DNA from: Nitrososphaerales archaeon
Lineage (GTDB): Archaea > Thermoproteota > Nitrososphaeria > Nitrososphaerales > UBA213
Reading direction: 5' to 3'
Length of the DNA stretch: 64,000 nt
Assembly: GCA_965197925.1 (NCBI GenBank)
Contig: CBDAOC010000020.1
Coordinates: 576,001-640,000 of the forward strand
This document shows, one piece after another, positions 54,043 to 63,931 of the stretch. Below the pieces are notes generated by a model. The model searched no databases and was not told the DNA's origin. It saw only the letters and a list, made by a program, of their open reading frames with translations. The translations under genes and the position numbers were made by a program. The first letter of the stretch is position 1. Each line of letters begins with the position of its first letter.

Positions 54043-54357
54043 TCACAAGCATGTTGGGTATGGGCATGCATCTAGGTCCACAAATGAGGATTCTACTGTG
54101 ACTTCACCAGAATCAATAATTGTTTTTAATTGCTGTAGATTTATACGCAAGTCCTTCATCACTTCATTAACATCTCCTATGCTGTTGTTGTTCTCTATAA
54201 GCCAATTCGATTTCAATCCCTCGTGGTAAAAATAGTCACCCTGATGTGCAGCAAAGGCGTTGGTCAAGATTCCTTGTGCTGCCATTCCTATCGCGCCCAG
54301 CAGTAACAATGTGAACATAGCGATTCTTGTCGGGTTTGTTTTTTGCATATATCTCAA
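54043..54357 (-). CDS. Hypothetical secreted protein
   Basis: Hydrophobic N-terminus ending in AFA. Confidence 0.5.
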   Translation of the reverse strand: MRYMQKTNPTRIAMFTLLLLGAIGMAAQGILTNAFAAHQGDYFYHEGLKSNWLIENNNSIGDVNEVMKDLRINLQQLKTIIDSGEVTVESSFVDLDACPYPTCL

Positions 54358-54417
54358 TTGTTCTTGAAATTCATGACCTTTACGTGAAATGATTAAAGAG
54401 AATCTTGAATAGTTTAA

Positions 54418-55473
54418 GAGCCTATCCTAAAATTCTAGCTGATAGTTAATGATTGGTAGAAATGATAACATTTAGAATGCAAGAATATTAGTTCATACTG
54501 TCAGGTTTAGTTTTCTTACTATTGATATAATTAGTATTGTAGATAGTAGATACTAGAAACAGTTGCATTAACGTGTTTATGACACTACCAATATATCGCT
54601 CTATACACTATTAGGCAGTTAGCAAATTCTACTAGCGCCTGATAATTTTCCTCTCTCTTCTCGAACCTTACCAATAACTTTCTGAACCTGTTATGCCAAG
54701 ATGCGGTTCTTTCTACAACCCATCTCTTTGCTTTGTATAAATTCTTTTTCAACACTTCACCCTTATGACGAATGTGATCCACATATCCCCTTCCTAACTC
54801 CATATTTCATACTCCATACTCTATCTCTGGAAAATCATATCCTATTCATGCATATGTTCTGTTTAACTTTGGGCCTATCAACAACAATGCTATCTATTGT
54901 AGGAAAGGCTGATTTCATATCGTGTTTATTTGCTCCAGTAATTACAGATGAGAGAGGTACTCCTCTTCTATCAACCAGCATGTGACGTTTGGTACCTAGC
55001 TTGCCTCTATCCGTTGGGTTTGCTCCGGTCGTTTTCCCCCTAATGGGGCCTTCGGTACGCTATCCATGGATTGCCAGTCCCATCCCATGCTCTTTAATTC
55101 ATCATATATTTCCAGCAGCCTCTTCCATACCTTCTCGAATACTCCTATCCCAATCCATTCCTGAAATCTTGCATGGCAAGTTGAACCAGAACCAAATTCT
55201 TTAGATACCTTCTTCCACTGGCATCCAGTTCTTAATACATACAGTATTCCATTCAATACTTTTCTAAATGGCACAGCTGGCCTTCCAACTGTTCTTGCTG
55301 GTTTCTCTGGTAGCAACACTAGTTTGAACTCTTCCCATAGATTGTCTGGTATATGCCATATGGTCGGCATGCTCTTTTTCTTTGATTTTCTCACAAATTT
55401 AGCTAGAGAGGACAGATCTGGATCTGTTTCGGTATAAACAATTAGGCTATGATGTTAATTTTCGGATAAGCTC
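54418..55473 (-). mobile_element. IS5-family element B, copy 2 (1056 bp)
   Basis: Near identical to 45717-46772; identical translated ORFs in the track. Confidence 0.92.
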
Positions 55474-55563
55474 TTAATCAATCAGAGGCATCAAGTTGTT
55501 TTTGTTATATGGAATAATGCTCATGCCTTACATAGATAACTAATCATTAAGCACCTTACAAAG

Positions 55564-56148
55564 TTAATTCGTATCTAGGATCCAACCTTTACGAACCAGA
55601 TCCTTATCTTCCTGATCGCATACACCGGTTGCATATCTCCAAATGTCTTTTTCATTAGAACTGACCTCCTGCGTTATGTTTGCCAATGCCTCCTTTTCGT
55701 TCACTAGACCATTGATTTTGTCAGAGCAAGAATCACAGAATCGACATTTGTCATCTAATATTAATTCTTTTTTAGATTCTATCAATGGGTATGCTCTACA
55801 TGCTAATGGTCTGTGTTCGTATATACGGCATATATAACCCCCATGTGGTGAACGTTCGTCACTATTTCTATCTAAGAATGGACATAGATCTCCATCCCTG
55901 TTAACTCCCATTAGTTGATAAGCAATTATATTCTTCGGTCCTATCCTACCTCCTTTTCTAAACTTACTTCCTACTCCTATTCTGGGCAGTATCTTTATTG
56001 TTTTGCCCAGTTTTCTTGCAAATTGTTCTATTCCCTCCTTTTCTGAAGGTAATACTAGAACTCCTATCTTACCATATTTCTTGTCTGGGTAATATTCTCT
56101 ATTGATACAACAGTCAGAACAACCCTCTACACATCTAAACCGTTTCAT
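55564..56148 (-). CDS. YkgJ/CxxCxxCC-family Fe-S or Zn cluster protein
   Basis: CVEGCSDCC, CPFL, CRIYEHRPLACRAYP. Confidence 0.85.
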   Translation of the reverse strand: MKRFRCVEGCSDCCINREYYPDKKYGKIGVLVLPSEKEGIEQFARKLGKTIKILPRIGVGSKFRKGGRIGPKNIIAYQLMGVNRDGDLCPFLDRNSDERSPHGGYICRIYEHRPLACRAYPLIESKKELILDDKCRFCDSCSDKINGLVNEKEALANITQEVSSNEKDIWRYATGVCDQEDKDLVRKGWILDTN

Positions 56149-56179
56149 GATTTCGAAAGAAGAAAAGTAAAATAAATTG

Positions 56180-56641
56180 TTATCCTTCCCAAGACAACAC
56201 TTTTTTAGAACGCCAAATGATGCTATCCTCCTCAATATCAGTGTCTTGCAGAAACTGAATGTTGCTAAGGTTCTTTCTATTCTTTAATATATGAAGGCTA
56301 TAAGAATCGCCCTTCGGTCGATATATAGCTAACCCAAGGAATGCATATCTCTTGTAACTCTCCTTAAATTTTCTATAATGATTTGACATGTTTAGAGTTT
56401 TTACAAATACCCAAGTATTATTGAGAATTCGCGTTTCGCAATACATAATGAAGTTATAGCTTTGATTGACTTCTACGAATCGTATACTAATCTCGTCGTC
56501 CATCCACCATCTTAGCACATCATGCCAGATTTTGGAAGCATCACTTCTATTTCTAAATAATAGTAAAAGTATAGTATAAGGGTCCTCAGATTTGTATCCC
56601 ATGCCCAGAAAATCACGATACCATGTTATACTTTGGCTCAA
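56180..56641 (-). CDS. Hypothetical protein
   Basis: 153-aa ORF upstream of the YkgJ-family gene on the same strand. Confidence 0.7.
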   Translation of the reverse strand: MSQSITWYRDFLGMGYKSEDPYTILLLLFRNRSDASKIWHDVLRWWMDDEISIRFVEVNQSYNFIMYCETRILNNTWVFVKTLNMSNHYRKFKESYKRYAFLGLAIYRPKGDSYSLHILKNRKNLSNIQFLQDTDIEEDSIIWRSKKVLSWEG

Positions 56642-56680
56642 TATGCCTCTTGAATAATTGCAACATATTTATTAATTGAA

Positions 56681-56726
56681 TAAGCGTTCCAAATCGTTCC
56701 TAAGGATTCCTAAAATATCCTAAAGG
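56681..56726. promoter_or_regulatory. 10-bp phased direct repeats upstream of a TATA-like element; candidate operator
   Basis: TAAGCGTTCC AAATCGTTCC TAAGGATTCC TAAAATATCC TAAAGG followed by TTATATAA. Confidence 0.5.
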
Positions 56727-56787
56727 TTATATAATGTAGTGTGTAAAAAAAGCAAAGGAGATTATCGTAAGTATAGGTGAAATCGAA

Positions 56788-57072
56788 TTGGTTATAACAT
56801 ATAGAAATGGGATTCAGATAGTAGGGGATGTTCTTAGGGTAACGAACGAATTTGGAATTAAGGGAATAAACGTTACACACCTTTTGAGAAAAGCAAATCT
56901 TTCCTACAATAGGCTTTCTAAAATTTCCAAACAGCTTATGAGTGCTGGTTTGCTTGAGGAAAAGGTAGAAGAGGGAAAGCGCCTATATCTTATAACAGAG
57001 AAGGGGAAGGAATATTTGGAGACATACGGCCAGTTCGAATCTATAGCTTCCTCTTTTGGTTTGGAACTGTAG
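56788..57072 (+). CDS. Winged-helix transcriptional regulator
   Basis: YRNGIQIVGDVL...KANLSY...YLITEKGKEYL. Confidence 0.88.
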   Translation: MVITYRNGIQIVGDVLRVTNEFGIKGINVTHLLRKANLSYNRLSKISKQLMSAGLLEEKVEEGKRLYLITEKGKEYLETYGQFESIASSFGLEL

Positions 57073-58126
57073 TATGTTAAGTTGCAGTATCAGATACGAA
57101 GGAAAATACAATGTAAATTTCAATACAAAACGTGGATTTGTGGTAATAATTCTCGTTATTTCATTTCTATCACATCCTATGACTTTTTATCCTGTGAGTG
57201 TAGACGCTCAGCAGGTAAGTTTGATTGTTTCTGCCGCGGAAGACCCTGAGCAGAACAACACATTTTTTGGTCCACAAATAGTGCAGATAGTGATCAACGA
57301 TATCAATGCGAAAGATTCTGATACTAACACTGGAAGTTTGACTGTGAAGGGTAAATCGATGCAAAGAGTTCATCTAACTGATGGGCATTGGCACTCTTTC
57401 ATAGCAGAGAGGGATTCATTCTTGATATTCCTAGATATTATGACAGATGGTACTGGGGATAATAAGATAGCTGTAAGCGATACTGATGAGGCCGATAACA
57501 GGAATACTGTGGATTCAATGACAGTGGTATTTGAGCAAGCGGATAGCTTTGTTAGAGAGATCACAGAGGTTGATGGCAATCTATTCGTTGAGGTTGGAAA
57601 AAACGAAATCTTTCCTACACTGCCAGAACCCTTTACTACTGGTGCTGTAAATCCGGATCTTGATATAAACCCATCATCAGAACCCAATATCGACTGGCCT
57701 TACGTCAGACTCTTCAATATTCAGGAAACCGGAATCATTGATATCAAACATGATACAATTGTAAGTTTGGAGTACAATAGGTACTACAACGATATACATA
57801 CTGGTATGGATAGAGGTTCTTATCCTCTTGACGCCGATATAGTAATGAATTTCAAGGATTTCATGTGGAATATCAATCCTGTTGAAGAAGATGTTGTCAG
57901 ATTCATCCTTAACAAGAATACTGGAATACCTGACAAAATAATATACCAACCATTAAGGAACTTTGACCCTGCGAACGATGGACTTAACCTTTTTGATATT
58001 TTACCATCATTTTCACTTTTAGATTTTGATAATAGGCAGATGGTCCAAATTGATGGTATTGAAAACTTGAAGTATAAGAATTCCTTCGATTCTTCCATAC
58101 CCCTTTTCCTATTAGGTTTTGACTAA
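57056..58126 (+). CDS. Secreted protein resembling the N-terminus of thaumarchaeal S-layer proteins, probably truncated
   Basis: Signal-like segment followed by IVSAAE...NTFFGPQIVQIVIND...DGHWHSF, WPYVRLF, DRGSYP, NINPVEED. Confidence 0.6.
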   Translation: MVWNCSMLSCSIRYEGKYNVNFNTKRGFVVIILVISFLSHPMTFYPVSVDAQQVSLIVSAAEDPEQNNTFFGPQIVQIVINDINAKDSDTNTGSLTVKGKSMQRVHLTDGHWHSFIAERDSFLIFLDIMTDGTGDNKIAVSDTDEADNRNTVDSMTVVFEQADSFVREITEVDGNLFVEVGKNEIFPTLPEPFTTGAVNPDLDINPSSEPNIDWPYVRLFNIQETGIIDIKHDTIVSLEYNRYYNDIHTGMDRGSYPLDADIVMNFKDFMWNINPVEEDVVRFILNKNTGIPDKIIYQPLRNFDPANDGLNLFDILPSFSLLDFDNRQMVQIDGIENLKYKNSFDSSIPLFLLGFD

Positions 58127-58597
58127 GGAATCACGTCAATCAAAAATAATATACGAAGAAGTATGGAGTCTGAGCTAAACATATCAACAATAAAAACTAG
58201 AACCTGATCTTATCGTTTCGAACTAAATTACGCCCAAGCCTCACATATCTATGTAAATCAAGAGTGGTCTAAGTAGGTCAGAAGTAGTTAGCCATCTGAA
58301 TCTAAATTCCAAACACGCCGAATAGTTAGAAGCTTTAGCCATCTCAATAAAGAGAACAATAAACACATTGAAGGACTAGAGTCTCATACTCTTAACAATT
58401 TCAAGGAAAAATTGATTGAATTTGTCAACCATATTATTGAATGTATTAAGGCAGAGTTGGATTAACATTATGATTGAAAATCTAAGGATCCAATAGAAGA
58501 ATTTAGGATTATTGTTGAAATATTAATTGATGAACCCGCAGGAATGAAGTCTGTGATGGTGGATAATTATGAATCAGGAAAATAATGAAGGGAGAGA

Positions 58598-59801
58598 ATT
58601 GGAATTGACAGTTGCGGAATTGAACCAGTGATAAAGGTAGGAGTAATGCATCGCTAGAATTGATGGAGATGTATGCCAAGGAAGCTATCAGTAATAAAAC
58701 AGAAGGATGATCAACTCATCTCAAAACCCTACAATACATCAAAAATGATGCAAGATTAACAAATGCCAGATAGTTTTCTGCCGTTCTTTCATACCTGGTT
58801 CTTGTTCTGTGAAATCCATTCTTGAGCCATGCAAGGAATCTCTCAACTACAAATCTTGTCTTGCTGTAATGTTTGCAATCATTATTTTGCAAGATGAACT
58901 TGGGATTTATTTTGTATGGGATGCAACATGCAATATTTCTATCCCACAAATACATTCTGATGTATTTTGCATCATTTTGTCTGCATAAACTGATTCTATC
59001 TGTTGTATTGAATCATCATCAAGATAGTCTGAAATTGATCCTGTAACATCCATGCATTTTGTACTGTCATGTTCATTTGCTGGACTCAACAGTATGGATA
59101 TTGGAAATCCGTTACTCTCTACTGCGGCATGTATTTTTGTACCTGTTATTCTCTTGAATCCATTATATCCAGTTACATTGCCCCTTTTTTATCAGGAATG
59201 GATGAAGAGTCAACTGATATTTGTAGATTAATTTTGCCAGATTTATGTGCTGAGTGAATAGTACGTGATAGAATCTTTTTCCAGATTCCTTTTTGTTGCC
59301 ATTTGTTTAACCTTCTGTTTGCAGTAGAATCATCACCATATCTTTTTGGCATATCGTCCCATCGGCATCCAGTAGTTAGAACATGGATTATTCCGTTAAT
59401 GATTTTTCTATCATAATCCCTAGACCTGCCAGTTTTTGCATGTGGTGGTATGTGTGATTCCATCATACTCCACTGTTTGTCTGATAATTCTTGGAATTTC
59501 ATAAAATAATTTTAGATGTCGCTATTCATAGATCTAAATGGCCGCTAAAAATTGTCTAAATGGTTAGTTTTGAGATGAGTTGGATCTTGATGCATGGAAG
59601 AAATATCATGAATATTTACACAGATGGATAGCCGAATCAGTTTTCTCTGCTATCAAGCGTATCCTTGGTGAACATGTAAAGGCAATAAGATGGAAGAATG
59701 TGGTGAAGGGACATGTTAAAAGCATCCATATACAATATATTCATTACAATGAATTCTAAAGGGGTTGGATACCTGTTAATATGATAATTATTCGACACAG
59801 C
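58598..59801 (+). mobile_element. Remnant of another IS5-family (IS903/ISH-like) transposase with element A nested in it
   Basis: GIEPVIKV...PRKLSVIKQKDD|LDAWKK...RWIAESVFSAIKRILGE; terminal TTATTCGACACAGC. Confidence 0.65.
58712..59582 (-). mobile_element. IS5-family element A, full length, defective
   Basis: Perfect 16-bp IRs and 3-bp TSD GAT. Confidence 0.93.
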
Positions 59802-60097
59802 AGGAAACAGTTTACACTTTTTTTATGCTAGTTCATGCAGAGCTATAGGTAATAAAGAAATTTGGTTATTTTTTGGAGTTTAGAAAACATAGATGATTGA
59901 TACCACTAGATAAAATGTTGGATTTTCAATATAGAACGAACTTATTTTTAGGGTGAAAGAATTGAACAGAAATATAATATTCAACAACCAAAACATAACC
60001 ACCCATGTGATTTTCTATACCTTTTACCATAGCTAACAATGATTATAGTACCTGTTGGATTACTCTCACACACGCCTCCATTCTAGAAATTCCAAAC

Positions 60098-60382
60098 TCA
60101 TTCAACCGCTAATATAGCATTACGTAACTCTGATACCCTTCCCCTTATAACATAATACATTTCTACTAGTTCCTCATCATTCATAGGTCTTTTATTCATT
60201 ACATTAAAGTAATTATAAAATCCTCCATGTATTTCCCCAACGGCTATACCTAGAGCAAAATCAATTTCGTCAATTATCAAAGGTCGGAATGATTGAGCTG
60301 ATACACGAAACATTTTAGCCTGCTGTATCGTATCAATTATCAATTGTTCCAGCGTTTCAAGTTGCTGTCTTGAAAGAGGCAT
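60098..60382 (-). CDS. Hypothetical protein
   Basis: 94-aa helical ORF downstream of tRNA-Cys. Confidence 0.6.
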   Translation of the reverse strand: MPLSRQQLETLEQLIIDTIQQAKMFRVSAQSFRPLIIDEIDFALGIAVGEIHGGFYNYFNVMNKRPMNDEELVEMYYVIRGRVSELRNAILAVE

Positions 60383-60436
60383 ACTAAAACAATTCTATCA
60401 AAATATAAAAATCATATTAGAAACATGTCTTACATA

Positions 60437-60508
60437 AGGTGGGGATGGGATTTGAACCCATATATACTCGCTCTGCAGGCGAGCGCATAGCCGCTCTGCC
60501 ACCCCACC
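60437..60508 (-). tRNA. tRNA-Cys(GCA)
   Basis: Acceptor GGTGGGG/CCCCACC, anticodon arm CTCGC-CTGCAGA-GCGAG, GGTTCAAATCC, U discriminator. Confidence 0.95.
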
Positions 60509-60547
60509 ATCTGCAACACTTTACTTTGCAATAATTTAAATCTACGA

Positions 60548-60772
60548 TTAAGAAATTCGTAAACCAGATTTAGCTGCTAGTTTTATGTCCTGAGCTTTAA
60601 CAGTCTTTCTGCCCGCATGAGATGCGAATTCAACTGCTTGCTTCGATATAGACGCACCTATTTCTTCAAGTACATCTCTCAACTCGCATACAGCGTCATC
60701 CCCAATCCTATCAGCACCTGATTTCTTCATAATTCTGTATATAGTTGCTAACCTGAATTCAGTTTCAGACAT
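60548..60772 (-). CDS. Archaeal histone (HMf-like)
   Basis: RIMKKSGADRIG...HAGRKTVKAQDI. Confidence 0.95.
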   Translation of the reverse strand: MSETEFRLATIYRIMKKSGADRIGDDAVCELRDVLEEIGASISKQAVEFASHAGRKTVKAQDIKLAAKSGLRIS

Positions 60773-60838
60773 ATAACATAATGCAAAGGAGGGCCGTAGT
60801 TAAAAAGTTTAAAAGTAAAATTTGTATTTTTTTAAATA

Positions 60839-61606
60839 ATGACCACATTTCTTGATGCTCATATTCATCTCACCGACAAAGAGTTTGGGAACCTCTTGCA
60901 ACCCACTTTGAATATTTTACGATCTTTGAATATGAAAGCAGTATCTGTCTCAGTGAACTTGGTTACAACAATACAAAATCTTGAACTTGCTTCTTCATAT
61001 GGAGATATTATTCTGCCATTCGTCGGCCTACACCCTTTGTACAATAATGAAAATACAGAACGCTTTGCCAATTTCATGTCTGAGAATGTAGAGAAGATTG
61101 CTGGGATTGGCGAGATAGGTCTAGATAAAAAATATATACCTAATAATGAGATGGAATACGGTAAACAAAAAAAAGTGTTTGAATATATGCTGGGATTAGC
61201 AGAACAATTCGGGAAACCCACCTCCATCCATTCTAGAGGTTGTGTTGATGATGTCCTAGATATCCTGCAGTCATACAATATTCAGGGTAATCTACTTCAC
61301 TGGTTTGCTGGGAGCAAGAAACAGCTAAGGATGGCAACAGATATGGGTTGTTACGTATCATATGGACCTGTCTTGGTATATTCTGAAGATAAGAGAAGTT
61401 TGCTCAGAGACACTCTCAAAGAACTGGTTCTAGTAGAGACCGATGGGCCGGTAAGGTATGGTAGATGCTTTCAGGACCAAGTTTCTCTACCATCGTTTCT
61501 TCCTAGTGTGGTATTTACGTTGGCTAAGACTTTAGGCTTAGATTATGATGATGCTTGCAACTTGTTGATGCAGAATTCACAAAAATATCTTAATCATGTA
61601 TTATAA
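60839..61606 (+). CDS. tatD: TatD-family deoxyribonuclease
   Basis: DAHIHL, GLHP, GEIGLD, HSR, HWF, ETDGP. Confidence 0.92.
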   Translation: MTTFLDAHIHLTDKEFGNLLQPTLNILRSLNMKAVSVSVNLVTTIQNLELASSYGDIILPFVGLHPLYNNENTERFANFMSENVEKIAGIGEIGLDKKYIPNNEMEYGKQKKVFEYMLGLAEQFGKPTSIHSRGCVDDVLDILQSYNIQGNLLHWFAGSKKQLRMATDMGCYVSYGPVLVYSEDKRSLLRDTLKELVLVETDGPVRYGRCFQDQVSLPSFLPSVVFTLAKTLGLDYDDACNLLMQNSQKYLNHVL

Positions 61607-61644
61607 AAAGGATAAAATAGGTATGAATCTGCAGTTGATACAAG

Positions 61645-61872
61645 ATGAATAGAATAAAACGTATTTCAATGCAGCTATTAGACTTACATAGAGACTTTTT
61701 TAGTGATGATTTTGAAAGAAATAAAGAAGTTCTAAACAAATTATCGATATTCAGATCAAAGCAATTAAAAAACGGTGTTGCTGGTTACATTGCAATTCAC
61801 ATGAAAGGTCAGAAGGAAAGATATGAAGAGAAGGAAGAGGAAAGTGCAGAAAGTGCAGATGTTAACAAGTAA
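61645..61872 (+). CDS. rps17e: 30S ribosomal protein S17e
   Basis: IKRIS...FSDDFERNK...SKQLKNGVAGYI. Confidence 0.88.
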   Translation: MNRIKRISMQLLDLHRDFFSDDFERNKEVLNKLSIFRSKQLKNGVAGYIAIHMKGQKERYEEKEEESAESADVNK

Positions 61873-61875
61873 ATA

Positions 61876-62148
61876 TTGGTTATGATCATTATTAAATTTC
61901 TTGGAGGTGCAAAAAAAATTGTTGGAAAGGAGCAGATTTCGATTAAAGCAGAGAGTATAAGTGTAAACGAAATACTTATGATGCTACGCTCAATGTCTCC
62001 GAATTCCCATGTTTTAACTTCCACCAACATGCTGATAGTGGTTAATGGTGTGGAGTTATCATTGCTTGGTGGCCCCGGCGCGAAAGTCAGCAATGGCGAC
62101 ATTATTAGTATTGTACCAGTAGTTCATGGTGGTACAGTTGATTTATAA
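61876..62148 (+). CDS. MoaD/ThiS/Urm1-like ubiquitin-fold sulfur carrier
   Basis: IKFLGGAKK...VNG...GDIISIVPVVHGG followed by TVDL. Confidence 0.85.
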   Translation: MVMIIIKFLGGAKKIVGKEQISIKAESISVNEILMMLRSMSPNSHVLTSTNMLIVVNGVELSLLGGPGAKVSNGDIISIVPVVHGGTVDL

Positions 62149-62679
62149 TTGAAAATAATAAAAATTGCAGATGAACATTTTTTGCTTTCCTGTATAAGAG
62201 ATTTAGAAATATGTGATGTTGAATCAACTCTGGACAGGTTACGGTCCGTGAATAAACATGTGGCAATACAGGCAGTTAATGCGGTTTTTATAGCTGGTAT
62301 ACAGCACGTTATAGGCATTCTCCAACAATCAGTGAGAGCAAAAAAACATGGGATACTACTTTCCAAAAAGATCGAGATTGATATTCTTCTCCGGCTTGCA
62401 TGTACCAACCAGATAGACAAAGCATTGACCAACATTGGTCTCAGAGATGGTACAAATAACATTCTTGTAATTGCAGCAGGAAGAATAAATTGTTTGAAGA
62501 TGATAAGAAGATACATTATAGCAAATTATGATATTGATGATAATATTCTAGTACAATCCAAAAGTAGGTTGAAATTCATTTCTACAGTTCACTCGATAGG
62601 CAAAACAGAACTAGATACACTAGTGTATGATGGTAATAAGCTCGCGTGCCTCCTAGTAGAACATGCTAGCCTTTTATGA
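62149..62679 (+). CDS. cgi121: KEOPS subunit Cgi121
   Basis: EIDILLRLACTNQIDKAL..IGL. Confidence 0.85.
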   Translation: MKIIKIADEHFLLSCIRDLEICDVESTLDRLRSVNKHVAIQAVNAVFIAGIQHVIGILQQSVRAKKHGILLSKKIEIDILLRLACTNQIDKALTNIGLRDGTNNILVIAAGRINCLKMIRRYIIANYDIDDNILVQSKSRLKFISTVHSIGKTELDTLVYDGNKLACLLVEHASLL

Positions 62680-63192
62680 CTCGCGTTTTATCTTTACAGC
62701 ACTAAAAATGTCTTCAGGTCTGATGACCGAGATTGCTGTATCTTCACCTATTATTTCAATCAATACAAGCCAGTCCTGTTGTCCCAAACTCACCTTTCGT
62801 TCTATTACACTCCCAACATTTCTTATTATATCATAAGATGCAAGATTACAATGTCTTTTTTCAATTAATATCCTGAAAGTTTCATGTTTTCCAATACGGG
62901 AGGAGAGTCTAGCTATCTCATTTTTCATAACGTCAATGTTCGTATTAACTACGATGTCAACTGGAATAACTCTTTGGACGTATCGCACATTCCATGGTTC
63001 ATCCAATACAATTTTTCTGATATGTCGGATAACTTTAATGGGTTCCAAACTAGTTTTCGCAGTAAGCAAACCCGACACTTTCGTACGTTCAGTATTTGGT
63101 CGTGTATCACCCATTTCGAATAACAACGAATCAAATTCTAAACTAGCTTCCCTCTCCATATGTCTAAAAGTTGTCACAATTAGATTAAACAT
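62674..63192 (-). CDS. THUMP-domain RNA-binding protein
   Basis: FNLIVTTFRH.E, QRVIPVD, TFRILIEKR, VSL..QDWLVLIEIIG. Confidence 0.85.
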   Translation of the reverse strand: MFNLIVTTFRHMEREASLEFDSLLFEMGDTRPNTERTKVSGLLTAKTSLEPIKVIRHIRKIVLDEPWNVRYVQRVIPVDIVVNTNIDVMKNEIARLSSRIGKHETFRILIEKRHCNLASYDIIRNVGSVIERKVSLGQQDWLVLIEIIGEDTAISVIRPEDIFSAVKIKRES

Positions 63193-63799
63193 TGTTCGCT
63201 AACACTTTTTCTATCTCTTTACGATCAATACATCCTTCCCTTAAAACAGTAATCTTTGGACAGTTGACTTTTAAGACCGTAGATTCAATGTTAGGAGTTT
63301 CACCAGAATCTAATAAAATATCGAAATCCAGGATCCCAATAGCTTCACGGGCATTCTTTGCCGGCGCAGAACCGGATCTGTTTGCACTAGTTCCTACAAG
63401 GACTCCACCACATTCACTGATTAGTTTGAGCGCACACGCATGATCAGGAATCCTAACACCGACGCTGTCTGTACCCCCCATGACCTTACTTGAAATTCCA
63501 CTGTCTGCTAATTCTACAATAAGAGTTAGTGCTCCTGGCCAGAATCTTTCCGCAAGTTTTTTGGCCAATTCATCAAACTTCCCTATCTTGCTTGCATGTC
63601 TAATAGATGAGCAAAGCAAGGGCATCGGTTTACTCACATCTCGACCCTTCAATTTCAGAAGGGAGTCAACTGCAGAATCGTTATACGGATCACATCCTAA
63701 CCCATAAACCGTATCAGTGGGGTAAATAATGGTATCACCTTTTCTTACTTTTGAAGCTGCAATTGTTATGTTCGAATCACTGCAATCAAGCCATAACAT
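63185..63799 (-). CDS. sua5: Threonylcarbamoyl-AMP synthase (Sua5/TsaC/YrdC)
   Basis: YPTDTVYGLGC, KGR...KP, FWPGALT, GVRIP, TSANRSG. Confidence 0.92.
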   Translation of the reverse strand: MLWLDCSDSNITIAASKVRKGDTIIYPTDTVYGLGCDPYNDSAVDSLLKLKGRDVSKPMPLLCSSIRHASKIGKFDELAKKLAERFWPGALTLIVELADSGISSKVMGGTDSVGVRIPDHACALKLISECGGVLVGTSANRSGSAPAKNAREAIGILDFDILLDSGETPNIESTVLKVNCPKITVLREGCIDRKEIEKVLANNV

Positions 63800-63850
63800 A
63801 CTAGTTTGAAACAAAATACTTATTAATAGATAGCTCGATTGGATCAAGCC

Positions 63851-63931
63851 ATGTCTGAAGAAGATGAATTTGAAAAAGATCTTGAAGAAGACCTTGAAGA
63901 GGATTTTGAAGACGAATCTGAAGACGAATAA
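63851..63931 (+). CDS. 26-aa highly acidic micro-ORF
   Basis: MSEEDEFEKDLEEDLEEDFEDESEDE; 18 of 26 residues are D/E. Confidence 0.4.
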   Translation: MSEEDEFEKDLEEDLEEDFEDESEDE

